DNA of 63,495 bases, taken from contig DAOUHR010000157.1 of NCBI GenBank assembly GCA_034428635.1, positions 1-63,495 on the forward strand, written 5' to 3'. The notes under the pieces are model-generated. The model was not told the origin of the DNA. It saw only the letters and a program-made list of their open reading frames with translations, and did no database searches. This DNA is from Dehalococcoidia bacterium (GTDB lineage Bacteria; Chloroflexota; Dehalococcoidia; Lucifugimonadales; UBA3495). Of the stretch, positions 1-9,282 are shown piece after piece. Made by a program: the position numbers and the translations under genes. Within the stretch, counting starts at the first letter, position 1; every line of letters begins with the position of its first letter.

Positions 1-1014
1 CCGGGAAAGCCGGTTGTGCAAAGCCCCCAGGGCCGCCCGGTTGACGCCCAGTTCGTCGGCCAACTCGCCCAGGTCGGCGCCGCCCCGCTGCAGGAACTCG
101 CCCAGCCAGTTGCCGCCAAACCGTTGCTTCAGGTTGAAAGTTGCGGAGGCGGCCACGTCGGAAAGACTCAGGTTGTCCTTGAGGAGTTCAATGTCTTCCG
201 GTTCTATTTCTCCATAGCCAATCTTGACCACTTCGTCGGGGGATGAGCCGCGCCGTCTGGAACTTTCCTCGTCCAGGGTGAAGGTGGAGACCCGCGACGG
301 GAACAATTGCTTCAGGCCCTTGACCTGCCGGTCCCTATCCGAGTCCTGTCCGCTCCAGCCGTATTCGCTGTGCATGTCGAAGATCAGGGACGACGCGTCG
401 CCTCCCTGCAGTATGCCCACCAGCAGAAGGCGCGTCAGGAAAGTCTTGCCGGTGCCGCTCTTGCCGAACACGCCGAAGGAGCGCCGTACCAAGTTGTCCA
501 GGTCCAGACACACCCTGGTGTCCATGTCCAGGGGACTGCCAATCCAAAAATGATGGTCGTCTTCCTCGCCGAAAACGGCGGCCACGTCGGCGCCGGTGGC
601 GGAGAAAGCCGGCGAAAAGTGGGAAGGGACCGTCTTGGCTGCCACCGGCCTTTCGTCGTTGTCGCTGCTGAGCGGCAGCGCCATATTGGGCAGTACCGAT
701 ACCACCCCGTAAGCCATGGTGCCGGACACCGCCTCCAAGAGCACCGGGTCGTCGGAATCGGGAGGAGAGTGGCGGAGGCGGGCGTCGGAACTATTCAGTT
801 CCAGGTCGGTAACAACGCCAAAGAACCGGTACCGCTGGCCTCGAATGGTCACGAAGGTGCCAACCTTAACGTCTTCTATGAGGACATTCCCGGTCGGGTT
901 CAGCCGGATGTCCACGCCCTCGGTCAGAGACCCCCCCACGACTATGCCCATAGGGATAGAAGAGGTCAACCCTCCATCACCGTTTGACCCGTTAGAAAAA
1001 AATCCATTGGTCAT
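1..1014 (-). CDS. herA: HerA-like (DUF87/FtsK-HerA) ATPase/helicase with N-terminal HAS barrel; 3'-partial, runs off the window start
   Basis: My manual translation of the minus strand from ATG 1014 (not in the ORF track because no stop lies in the window): MTNGFFSNG...GIVVGGSLTEGVDIRL...FFGVVTDL...RRSFGVFGKSGTGKTFLTRLL...LIFDMHSEYG. Walker A GKSGTGKT and the DxHxEY motif are typical of HerA. ATGA overlap with the upstream gene's stop. Confidence 0.85.
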   Translation of the reverse strand, partial: MTNGFFSNGSNGDGGLTSSIPMGIVVGGSLTEGVDIRLNPTGNVLIEDVKVGTFVTIRGQRYRFFGVVTDLELNSSDARLRHSPPDSDDPVLLEAVSGTMAYGVVSVLPNMALPLSSDNDERPVAAKTVPSHFSPAFSATGADVAAVFGEEDDHHFWIGSPLDMDTRVCLDLDNLVRRSFGVFGKSGTGKTFLTRLLLVGILQGGDASSLIFDMHSEYGWSGQDSDRDRQVKGLKQLFPSRVSTFTLDEESSRRRGSSPDEVVKIGYGEIEPEDIELLKDNLSLSDVAASATFNLKQRFGGNWLGEFLQRGGADLGELADELGVNRAALGALHNRLSR

Positions 1015-1589
1015 ATTTTTGCCCTCCGAAGGATCGCGGCCACCCGGACGGAATCTCCCACCGCCTCGCTGGCAATGGCCTGTCCGGCTCTCTTTATAAA
1101 GTCTTCCCAGTCGGGGCGGCAGCTGGCAGCGTGCCGCAAACAGGCCACGACCACCTCATCGGCCATAGGGGGCCCCGAATCCAGCAGGAACCGGTAGAAG
1201 TCCAGGTTGTCCGTAAAGCGGACGACTTCATCTTGAGAGCAAGGACTGACAAAGGAATGTATGGACGGGGGAAACGGGGGCAGCAACTGGACCAGGATGC
1301 CATCCATCTCGTGACCCACAATTAAAGCGTCAAAACGGGTAGTCAGCAGCCGCTCGATCTGGGGGTTGCTGCGGTAGATTTCCTCCAGGCTGCCCGAATC
1401 ACGGCCCCGGGCCAGCACGGGCCTGCTCGGGTCCAGCGGTTCCGTGCGAATGCCCTGGACAACGGCAAACACCTTGGGTTCCCCCACGCTTACCAGCGCG
1501 CCAAGCTGTGGGGAACAGTATAAGTCGTAGCATTGGGCTGTTAGTGATCGGGAGTCCGAGCCGATCACTTCTGCTACCGGTTGCCTCAT
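1011..1589 (-). CDS. Stand-alone HAS-barrel domain protein (HerA-associated)
   Basis: 192-aa ORF (VAEVIGSDSRSLTAQCY...PQLGALV...FAVVQGI...LPPFPPSIHSFV) translationally coupled to herA. It resembles the solo HAS-barrel proteins of bacterial herA/nurA operons. Confidence 0.65.
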   Translation of the reverse strand: MRQPVAEVIGSDSRSLTAQCYDLYCSPQLGALVSVGEPKVFAVVQGIRTEPLDPSRPVLARGRDSGSLEEIYRSNPQIERLLTTRFDALIVGHEMDGILVQLLPPFPPSIHSFVSPCSQDEVVRFTDNLDFYRFLLDSGPPMADEVVVACLRHAASCRPDWEDFIKRAGQAIASEAVGDSVRVAAILRRAKI

Positions 1590-1682
1590 GTTCTGGAGTT
1601 GCTTCCTTTAAACGTTGGTAAAGGGAATATTTCGGAACCAATTATAACTGCACCGGCGCGCCGTCGGTGAGGGACAAATGTC

Positions 1683-1715
1683 ATTATGATTACATAATAA
1701 ATCCCGTGATATAAT
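1683..1715 (+). promoter_or_regulatory. Extended -10 promoter (TGnTATAAT, 1707-1715) for the 1752 gene, with the inverted repeat ATTATG-N4-CATAAT (1683-1698) over the -35 region
   Basis: Read directly from the AT-rich divergent intergenic region. A second TATAAT on the minus strand at 1641-1646 could serve the HAS/herA operon. Confidence 0.5.
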
Positions 1716-1751
1716 TTTCCGGTTGCAATATTAACAACGGAGAAGTCGTAC

Positions 1752-2651
1752 ATGGAATTCAGTACCGTAGCTATTTTGAGTCCCGGCGACATGGGCCACG
1801 CGGTGGGTCAGCGCCTGCGGGAAAATGAACTAGACGTGATTACTTGCCTGAATGGCAGGAGTGAACGGACCCGGGCTCTGTCCGAGAGGGCCGGTATCCG
1901 CGATGTGCCGACCATGGAAGAACTGGTCGTGCAGTCGGACCTGATAATGTCGATGACCGTATCTGCGGCAGTGCCAGCCCTGTGTCGCGAAGTTGCTGGC
2001 GCCATCAAGGCTACGGGGTCGGATACCCTGTTTGCCGAATGCAATGCCATCGCCCCCCAGCTTACGTGCGAAATGGAACCGATCATCACCGAAGCCGGTG
2101 GCCGCTTCGTCGACGTCTCCATAATCGGCGGCCCGCCCCGCCCGGGCTACAGTCCCAATTTCTATACTTCCGGTGATCAGGCTGCCGAATTTGAGCAGCT
2201 GAACGACTTTGGGCTGACGGTTATTAAACTGGACGGCGAAGTGGGTCAGGCTTCGGGCATAAAGATGTGCTATGCCGCCATGACCAAGGGGACCTCGGCG
2301 CTTCACGCGGAGTTGCTTATTGCCGCGGAACTGATGGGACTTACGGAACCCCTCCTGGCAGAATTTCAGTCGGGCCAGTCGGCAGTCCTGCAGAGGATGG
2401 AACGTAACCTTCCCACTGTCCCGCCCCGGTCCCGTCGCTGGGTAAGCGAAATGGAGGAAATACGCGACACCTTTGCCCACCTGGGCATGACTCCTCACCT
2501 GTTCGAGGGTGTCTCTGAGATGTACCGCTTCATAGGCAGCACTCCCCTGGGAGAAGAGTTCCCCGAGTCCCGCGACCGGGAGAGGACCTTTACCGAGACC
2601 ATCAGCCAGTTGGCCCAGCATTTGCGGGAGCGACAGTCAGACGAGGATTAG
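1752..2651 (+). CDS. NAD(P)-dependent 3-hydroxyisobutyrate/6-phosphogluconate dehydrogenase family protein with C-terminal DUF1932
   Basis: Rossmann-like ILSPGDMGHAVG, DVSIIGGPP, ASGIKMCYAAMTKG, RRWVSEMEEI. Confidence 0.8.
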   Translation: MEFSTVAILSPGDMGHAVGQRLRENELDVITCLNGRSERTRALSERAGIRDVPTMEELVVQSDLIMSMTVSAAVPALCREVAGAIKATGSDTLFAECNAIAPQLTCEMEPIITEAGGRFVDVSIIGGPPRPGYSPNFYTSGDQAAEFEQLNDFGLTVIKLDGEVGQASGIKMCYAAMTKGTSALHAELLIAAELMGLTEPLLAEFQSGQSAVLQRMERNLPTVPPRSRRWVSEMEEIRDTFAHLGMTPHLFEGVSEMYRFIGSTPLGEEFPESRDRERTFTETISQLAQHLRERQSDED

Positions 2652-2691
2652 ATTGGCTGAGAAGGTTCGCCTGAACGGCTAAAGCGAAGAA

Positions 2692-2721
2692 GGGCCCCGG
2701 CACTCACTGGCGCCGGGGCCT
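2692..2721. terminator. GC-rich hairpin between convergent genes (probable terminator)
   Basis: ggccccggc...gccggggcc 9-bp stem; no strong U-tract. Confidence 0.4.
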
Positions 2722-2754
2722 CACTGCTGCAAGTAGCTTTGTAGTCGAGCGGGA

Positions 2755-3120
2755 TTACGGTTCCGTCTGCTCGGTCTGGCTGCCCTTGACGGTGACGGTG
2801 ATGTGGGCCATGGCAGTGTCGCCGGGGGCGCCGTGCCAGTGGTTCTCCCCGGCCGGGACAATGACCACGTCTCCCACGGTGATCTCAATTTCCTCGTCGT
2901 CGGTGGCCACGGTGCCGGTGCCCTCGGTGACGATGAGAATCTGGTCGCCGCTGTGCTTGTGGAACTTGTTGCGGGAACCGGCGCTGAAGCTGACGACGCC
3001 GAAGTTGAAATTGTTGCTGTCGCCGGCCTCAAAGGGGGCCTGGCGAGTGACTATGTTGCCGGTAAACAGCGCGCTTGTTGCCTCTTCGGTGGGAACGGAA
3101 CTAAGCCTGACGACCTTCAT
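2755..3120 (-). CDS. Cupin domain protein
   Basis: Start reassigned to ATG 3120 (MKVVRLSS) after RBS AGGAGG. Cupin motifs FHKHSGDQILIVTEG and PAGENHWHG. Confidence 0.85.
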   Translation of the reverse strand: MKVVRLSSVPTEEATSALFTGNIVTRQAPFEAGDSNNFNFGVVSFSAGSRNKFHKHSGDQILIVTEGTGTVATDDEEIEITVGDVVIVPAGENHWHGAPGDTAMAHITVTVKGSQTEQTEP

Positions 3121-3381
3121 TGGTTTCCTCCTGAATGACTTACGATTTTCGTTTGATTCGCGGCTTCTTCTGTAGCTGAGAGCAATCGCTCCGCCCGTTT
3201 TCGAGCCACCCATAATATACCTGCTGAATGGTGGCAAGTCCATACTGAAGGAGACCTCCCCCGTAGACGGTTCAGCCAACAGAGCTAGGTTAAGCAACGC
3301 CAGCCAGGAATCCACATTCCGCACCAGGGATGCAAATGGTAAAATTAGGGAAGACAGACCAAAAAACCACGGAGATGTCCA

Positions 3382-3888
3382 ATGGCCTTGAATCAGACCA
3401 TCCAGGAAGCCCTGAATCGGCACATAAACGAGGAATTTTTCGCTTCGTATCTCTATCTCTCCATGTCGGCCCATTGCGATTCACTGGACTTGCCCGGCTT
3501 CGCCCACTGGATGCGCATCCAGAGCCAGGAAGAGTATGCCCATGCAATGAATCTCTTTGACTTTGTCCAGGATCGGCAGGGCAAGGTAACATTGCTTCCC
3601 ATAGAACAGCCTTCAGTCGAATTCGGGTCCGTCCTGGACGTAATGGAGGCAACCCTGGGCCACGAGCGACAGGTCAGCCTTCTGATCAATGAACTCTATG
3701 AATTGGCATCCAAAGAAAGCGATTATCCCACGCAGGTTCATTTGCAGGCCTTCCTTACTGAGCAAATCGAAGAGGAGAAGACGGCGGCGGATATTATCGC
3801 CAAGCTGAAGCTCATCGGCGAAAACGGCAGCAACCTGCTGTTGCTGGACAACGAAATGGCTTCAAGGCAGATATCCCCCGGCCTGTAG
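3382..3888 (+). CDS. ftnA: Non-heme ferritin
   Basis: INEEFFASYLYLSMS, QSQEEYAHAM, HERQVS, EQIEEE ferroxidase-centre motifs; 168 aa. Confidence 0.92.
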   Translation: MALNQTIQEALNRHINEEFFASYLYLSMSAHCDSLDLPGFAHWMRIQSQEEYAHAMNLFDFVQDRQGKVTLLPIEQPSVEFGSVLDVMEATLGHERQVSLLINELYELASKESDYPTQVHLQAFLTEQIEEEKTAADIIAKLKLIGENGSNLLLLDNEMASRQISPGL

Positions 3889-4165
3889 GAAAGTTCTCAT
3901 CCAATGACGGCGCCGTGGCTAATCGCAATTCTGTCAATCTACGCCGAACAGGCTTTTCCTGCCCTGTCGAATAGCGTTCACTCTCTCTAGGCAGGGTGGG
4001 TCAATTGCCGGTATTGTTTCCCAAGTTAGCATTCCATACGGCAATTCCATCTGTTATAATCGGGTATGGAATGCGTTAAGGTTCTTTCCCGTGGGTAGTT
4101 GCCTCAGATGCGCTGACGCCGGATGACCTCGACCAGGCCAAATTTTCATTTATGGAGGTCGGCAG

Positions 4166-4462
4166 GTGGCGCTGTCAGATAAGACCTTGGTCTGCGTGGA
4201 ATGCGCAGCCGAATTTACATTTACCGTGGGGGAGCAGGAATTCTTTGCTTCCCGAGGATTCACCAACGAACCCAGGCGCTGTCCTGAGTGTCGTCAGACC
4301 CGCAAGTCCCAGCGTTCCTTCGAGGGAGGACCGAGGGAAATGCACCCGGCAGTTTGCGCCCAGTGCGGAATGGATACCATGGTCCCCTTCCGGCCGCGCG
4401 GTGACCGCCCGGTGTATTGCAGCGATTGCTTCAGTTCCATGCGTGAGAGCAACTACCGCTAG
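4166..4462 (+). CDS. Double zinc-ribbon protein (N-terminal zinc ribbon + CxxC-x17-CxxC domain)
   Basis: DKTLVCVEC..FTFTVGEQEFFASRGFTNEPRRCPECR and HPAVCAQCG...VPFRPRGDRPVYCSDCF. GGAGG RBS, TATAAT at 4055-4060. Confidence 0.9.
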   Translation: MALSDKTLVCVECAAEFTFTVGEQEFFASRGFTNEPRRCPECRQTRKSQRSFEGGPREMHPAVCAQCGMDTMVPFRPRGDRPVYCSDCFSSMRESNYR

Positions 4463-4502
4463 ACGTTGACGGCGCATTAGAAGGTTTGCGGATACTCTGT
4501 TC

Positions 4503-4531
4503 AACCCCCGGTCCGAAGCCGGGGGTTGTTG
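4503..4531 (+). terminator. Intrinsic terminator after the zinc-ribbon gene
   Basis: caacccccgg-tccgaag-ccgggggttg perfect 10-bp stem followed by ttgtatt. Confidence 0.7.
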
Positions 4532-4618
4532 TATTCTGGGAGAGAAGCATCCCATGTCCGGTCAGCCCTCGAGGCTCTGACCCATATCAAGTGAATACAG
4601 GCAAACGGAGATGAGGCG

Positions 4619-5785
4619 ATGATGCGAAACACGGCCGATGCCGTGATAATCGGCGGCGGCGTCATGGGATGCAGCCTGCTTTACCACCTCGCGCGGCGGG
4701 GCGCCGGTCGGCCGTTGCTCCTCGAGCGGAGCGTCCTGGGCGCCGGTTCCACGGGCCGCTCCCAGGCTATTTGCCGCATGCACTATTCAAACCCGATCAC
4801 CGCTTCCATGGCATGGAACAGCCTCCAGGTCTATGCGGATTTTGGAGAACAGGTAGGCGGTGACAGCGGTTTCGTCAAGACCGGTTACCTGGTAGTAGTT
4901 GAGGACGTTGACCGACCCAGCCTGGAACTCAACATCTCGATGCAGCAGGAACTTGGCATCAATGTGGGACTGGTTACCGCAGCCGATATCAGGGAACTTG
5001 CTCCCATGATTGAGACCTTTCAAGGGGAAGGCCTGGCCTGGGAACCCAATTCCGGGTACGCCAATCCCTACCTGGTTACCACTTCTTTCGCCGCCAGGGC
5101 TCAGGACCTGGGGGCCGAAATAGTTACCCGGGCCTCTGGTACCGGCATAGAAGTCAGCGGCGGCAGGGTGCGGGCGGTGTTGACTGACCAGGGCAGGGTG
5201 GAAACTCCCCTGGCAGTGGTGGCCGCGGGACCGTGGGCCAACAGCCTGATGGCCGGCACCGGCGTCGAATTTCCCCTGGCCCCCGTGCGGCACCAGGTTG
5301 CCCTGGCTACCAGGCCGCCGGGAACCCTGCCCGAGCATCCCATAGTTGGCGATATCGCCCAGTCCTTCTCTTTCCGCCCGGAAAGTACCACGCTGACTAT
5401 GGTCGGGTTCGGAGAGGACGAAGCGGAGCTGGACAACTACGATGAGGGCATTGACCAGGCCGCCGCCGCCGATGCCATGACTCGCCTGATTCGCCGGATG
5501 CCGGCCATGGACCAGTCCTACTACCGGGGCGGTTGGTCGGGCTTGTTCACTACCACGCCCGACTGGCATCCCATCCTTGACCGGGTGCCGGGAATTGATG
5601 GCCTGTTCTGTATGGTGGGCTTCAGCGGTCACGGGTTCAAACTGGCGCCGGCAATTGGCCTGGCCATGTCCGAACTGGTCATGGACGGGCAGGCGACGTC
5701 TATCGATCTCTCTCCCCTGCGGTTCTCCCGGTTTGAGGAAGACGACCTGATCCTGTCCCGCTATCGTTACCGGGTTCTGGCATGA
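4619..5785 (+). CDS. FAD-dependent oxidoreductase (DAO/sarcosine oxidase beta/glycine oxidase family)
   Basis: IIGGGVMGCS FAD motif, GSTGRSQA, TPDWHPIL, GFSGHGFKLAPAIG. Confidence 0.9.
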   Translation: MMRNTADAVIIGGGVMGCSLLYHLARRGAGRPLLLERSVLGAGSTGRSQAICRMHYSNPITASMAWNSLQVYADFGEQVGGDSGFVKTGYLVVVEDVDRPSLELNISMQQELGINVGLVTAADIRELAPMIETFQGEGLAWEPNSGYANPYLVTTSFAARAQDLGAEIVTRASGTGIEVSGGRVRAVLTDQGRVETPLAVVAAGPWANSLMAGTGVEFPLAPVRHQVALATRPPGTLPEHPIVGDIAQSFSFRPESTTLTMVGFGEDEAELDNYDEGIDQAAAADAMTRLIRRMPAMDQSYYRGGWSGLFTTTPDWHPILDRVPGIDGLFCMVGFSGHGFKLAPAIGLAMSELVMDGQATSIDLSPLRFSRFEEDDLILSRYRYRVLA

Positions 5786-5821
5786 CGTGAAGGAACCTCT
5801 GAACAAGTCGCTTTCCCCTCA

Positions 5822-6406
5822 TTGGGAAAGTATTCATCCACAATTCTAGAATACGGTTTCACGCCACGGGAGCCCACCCCAATTACAGTGCACTACAATT
5901 CCCATAGCGAGGGTTATGCAGTCTCAGCGAGGGTCTACACCGTGTTAGGCAGAGAGTGGGGCGAAAGGATTAACCGTAATATGTTCTGGGGCGCAACTGC
6001 CGCCCTAACCTGCTGGGCTATCGCTCTGTCCTTGATTATCTTGGCGTTGGCCTTTTCGGGAGACCATAATGACAGGGATTCAGCGTTCATATTGGATTAT
6101 GCCGGTATCTTGTTGCTTATCTTTTGGTTCCTCATGGCCGCTTTCTGGACCATAAGTATCGTCGTCCCTAGGCTCCATGACTTTGGATCTCCGGGATGGC
6201 CTGCTGCCTTGGTGCTTCTCCCCATTGTTGGCTGGTTCATTCTTGCTCCCCTCTACTGCATCTACTGCGGTGTTGCCCCTGGAGACCAATCGGGGAATAA
6301 ATTCGGGCCGGCCTCCACCTACGGCGGTTTGGCGCTATGGTGGTGGGCACTTGCCGGACTCCTTGCTGGCGCGGTGATCTTGGGCATTGTTTTCGTCATT
6401 TCATGA
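5822..6406 (+). CDS. DUF805 family membrane protein
   Basis: RINRNMFW, SIVVPRLHDFGSPGW, PGDQSGNKFGP motifs and hydrophobic helices. Start uncertain (TTG). Confidence 0.7.
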   Translation: MGKYSSTILEYGFTPREPTPITVHYNSHSEGYAVSARVYTVLGREWGERINRNMFWGATAALTCWAIALSLIILALAFSGDHNDRDSAFILDYAGILLLIFWFLMAAFWTISIVVPRLHDFGSPGWPAALVLLPIVGWFILAPLYCIYCGVAPGDQSGNKFGPASTYGGLALWWWALAGLLAGAVILGIVFVIS

Positions 6407-6713
6407 CCCTTGCGGACTAATGGTCAGATTTAGAACTACGGATAACTAGCGGTGGGGAAAGGTCAGAATGGGGGTGAAGATCGTAATTTCGTATTTGGCA
6501 TCCCGCGAAATTGTCTCTTTTCTCAGGCAGACACCTCACATGGCCAGATTTTCCCTAATTGTAAGGATCTGGGCTTTGCCGAGACCCTGTTGCATCACGA
6601 TTCTTCACTCTCAGTTTTCCCGAAGTTGTCCCAATAGCTTTCGTCATAGTGTTATCATATAAGAGAGGTGGCCATCCGATGGCCAGGTACCAAATACAAT
6701 TTGCGCAGGAGAA

Positions 6714-7019
6714 GTGTTAATGTTCATCAGGATGGTTTGGGGCAAACTGCGCCCCGGTAGCTGGGAAGAGTACGAAAGGCACTACCACGAGCGTCTGGCC
6801 GGTTCCACTGGCAACATCCAGGGCTTGAAGGAGCGGCAGTTGCTCCGCAGCACTGAAGACCCGGACGAGGGCATCAGCGTAAGCATCTGGGAAAACCTGG
6901 ACGACCTGCGCAACTACGAGACGGGCGAATTCCGGCAGGGCGTAGCCCGGGAAGTTGAGCACCTTTACCGTGGCGAATACTGGGTCAAGCACTTCGAGAT
7001 CAGCTCCTCCGACACCTGA
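6714..7019 (+). CDS. Antibiotic-biosynthesis-monooxygenase (ABM/dimeric alpha-beta barrel) family protein
   Basis: 101 aa, GKLRPGSWEEY...LLRSTEDPDEGISVSIWENLDDL; AGGAG RBS. Confidence 0.7.
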   Translation: MLMFIRMVWGKLRPGSWEEYERHYHERLAGSTGNIQGLKERQLLRSTEDPDEGISVSIWENLDDLRNYETGEFRQGVAREVEHLYRGEYWVKHFEISSSDT

Positions 7020-7180
7020 CCCACCGGCGGCCGCTGAACCCCTGCTCCGGTTTGAAAAACAGCCCGGCCGAACTGGCCGGGCTTCTCTTGTTGTTTCACC
7101 TCTACATTACCGCTGGGTTTCATTGGACACCCTTTCAATGGCGGATTATAGTTAGCCCAACGCTACATCCGGAGGCCAGC

Positions 7181-8125
7181 ATGCGATTCGGCTTTTACCT
7201 GCCCAATAGCGGACCAACGGCCAGACCTGGACCTTTGGCAGCCATCGCCAGGAAAGGCGACGAACTGGGTTTCCATTGCATGGTGGCCGGCGACCATATC
7301 CTTGTGCCTAAGGAAGTCAACTCGCCCTACCCATATACCGCCGACGGGCGGTTTCACGGGGGCGACGCGGTCGAGTACCTGGAACAACTGACTCTCTTGA
7401 CTTATCTCGCCGGCATTACCAGCAGCATTCGCCTGGTTCCCAGCGTGATGATTGTTCCCTATCGCAATCCCCTGCTGGCGGCCAAGATACTGGCCACGCT
7501 GGACGTTCTCTCCGGCGGTCGCCTGACCCTTGGCGTGGGCGTTGGCTGGATGGAAGAGGAGTTTGAGGCCCTGGATACTCCGCCCTTCGCGCAACGAGGT
7601 GCGGTGACTAACGAATACCTTCAGGCCTTCAAGGAACTGTGGACCAGCGACGAACCCTCATTCGACGGCCAGTATTGCCACTTTTCCAACATTCACTTCC
7701 TGCCCAAGCCTGTTCAGAAGCCCCACCCTCCCATCTGGGTTGGAGGCCAGAGCAGGCCTGCCATGCGCCGCGCCGCCGCTCTGGGTGACGGCTGGCACCC
7801 GGTCGGCGCCATTCCCGCAGCCCCCCTGGAACCCGAGGAACTGGCCCAGAACATTGCCCTGCTTCATCGCTATGCCGAAGGCAACGGCCGTGACCCTGCC
7901 GAGCTGGAAGTGTCTGTGAAGGCGCCCCTGTACGACGCAAATACAACGCCCCCCGGGGCGTCCCGTCGCCGGTTCGCCGGGGAACCCGAAGAAATGCTGC
8001 AGGATATACAAACCTATGAGGACGTGGGAGTCGGCTGCATTATTTTCGATATTCGGGGCAACGACTTGAACCATTCCCTTGAGCGGCTGGAATGGTTTGC
8101 TGAGGAAATAATGTCCCACTCGTAA
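7181..8125 (+). CDS. LLM class (luciferase-like) putative F420-dependent oxidoreductase
   Basis: Start reassigned to ATG 7181 (MRFGFYLP). DHILVP, YRNPLLAAKILATLDVLSGGRLTLGVGVGW, PKPVQKPHPPIWVGG. Confidence 0.9.
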   Translation: MRFGFYLPNSGPTARPGPLAAIARKGDELGFHCMVAGDHILVPKEVNSPYPYTADGRFHGGDAVEYLEQLTLLTYLAGITSSIRLVPSVMIVPYRNPLLAAKILATLDVLSGGRLTLGVGVGWMEEEFEALDTPPFAQRGAVTNEYLQAFKELWTSDEPSFDGQYCHFSNIHFLPKPVQKPHPPIWVGGQSRPAMRRAAALGDGWHPVGAIPAAPLEPEELAQNIALLHRYAEGNGRDPAELEVSVKAPLYDANTTPPGASRRRFAGEPEEMLQDIQTYEDVGVGCIIFDIRGNDLNHSLERLEWFAEEIMSHS

Positions 8126-8436
8126 GCCTTCTGTAATGCAAGGTAATGTGAAATAGACTGGAAGGCGCTTTGGCGGCCCGGCCATAACAGGTCGGCCGTG
8201 TTTCTTGCGAATCAACCAGAAGCCAAGGCCACCGTGGTTCTCTGATGTAGGATAGGTGCTGTCGGCGAGCCAGGGAAAATCGCCTTTATGCCAGGAGTCG
8301 GTAGTTTTCCTCACCGTTGTTCCTCACGGATTGAGGGTCAAATGCTACCCACATCATCACAATACGCTATAATACGGGTGCGATGTTATGGCAGTTCCTG
8401 CTGTCGCCGCCACTCAATTGAATTCAAGGAGCTTGT

Positions 8437-9246
8437 ATGTCCTCTCTGGAAGAACGGTATAACCGGGGCCTGGAAATGCGCCAGACTATGGCTGCCGGGG
8501 ATTTTCGCCACTTTACTCTTCCCGGAATTGACCAGCTTGCGCCAGACCTCAAGCGCATTGTAGATGAGGCCCTCTTCGGTTCCATCTGGACCAGGGACGG
8601 CCTAAATATTCAACAGCGTTGCATGTGCACCCTGTCGGCCCTGCTCACCCTGGGCCACCTGCAACTGCTGCGCCGGCACATTGAGCGGGCGTTGAACGTG
8701 GGAATGGCCCCTGAAGTGGTAGTGGAAATATTCATCCAGATGACCTTTTACGCCGGCGTTCCCGCCGTCGAATCTGCCATGTCCATCGCAAAGGAAATTT
8801 TTGAAGAAAGAGGCCTCCAGTTTAGTCCCACCCGCGTTTATGACAATGACCTTGATCCTGATGAACTTCACCAGAAGGGCATTGCAGTCCACGAAGAACA
8901 CATGGGCGATATTACGATTTACTATACCGAAGACCCAGACACTCAGGAAATGCAGCTGGAGCGGCTGATTAACGAATACAACTGGGGAGCAATATTCAGT
9001 CGTCCCCATATGGACGCCAGGGAGCGGTCCATGTGCGCCCTGGTGGCGATGACGGTTATGGGCCACTATGACCGGCAACTTCGCCGCAGGATTTCCGGTT
9101 GCCTTCGGGTTGGTATGACGCCGGTCGAAATTATGGAAGTATTTATCCAGTTGACCCTGTATGGCGGTTACTTCAACACCCGCACAGCCATGCGCATAGC
9201 CCGTTCCGTTTTCAACGAGGAGGGCATAGCTGCCCAGGACGGTTAG
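8437..9246 (+). CDS. Tandem two-domain carboxymuconolactone decarboxylase (CMD) family protein
   Basis: Two internal repeats: FGSIWTRDGL..QQRCMCTLSAL...HIERALNVG...YAGVP and WGAIFSRPHM..RERSMCALVAM...RISGCLRVG...YGGY. Confidence 0.85.
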   Translation: MSSLEERYNRGLEMRQTMAAGDFRHFTLPGIDQLAPDLKRIVDEALFGSIWTRDGLNIQQRCMCTLSALLTLGHLQLLRRHIERALNVGMAPEVVVEIFIQMTFYAGVPAVESAMSIAKEIFEERGLQFSPTRVYDNDLDPDELHQKGIAVHEEHMGDITIYYTEDPDTQEMQLERLINEYNWGAIFSRPHMDARERSMCALVAMTVMGHYDRQLRRRISGCLRVGMTPVEIMEVFIQLTLYGGYFNTRTAMRIARSVFNEEGIAAQDG

Positions 9247-9282
9247 TTTTCGCTTGAGGGTCTAACGGGACAAGAGGGTCTT

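Noticed and set aside
307-987. 226-aa plus-strand ORF and other short ORFs at 14-1099
   Set aside because: Antisense shadows of the herA gene on the minus strand, which has clear family motifs.
1590-1751. LexA (SOS) box upstream of the herA operon
   Set aside because: No GAAC-N4-GTTC match found in the spacer.
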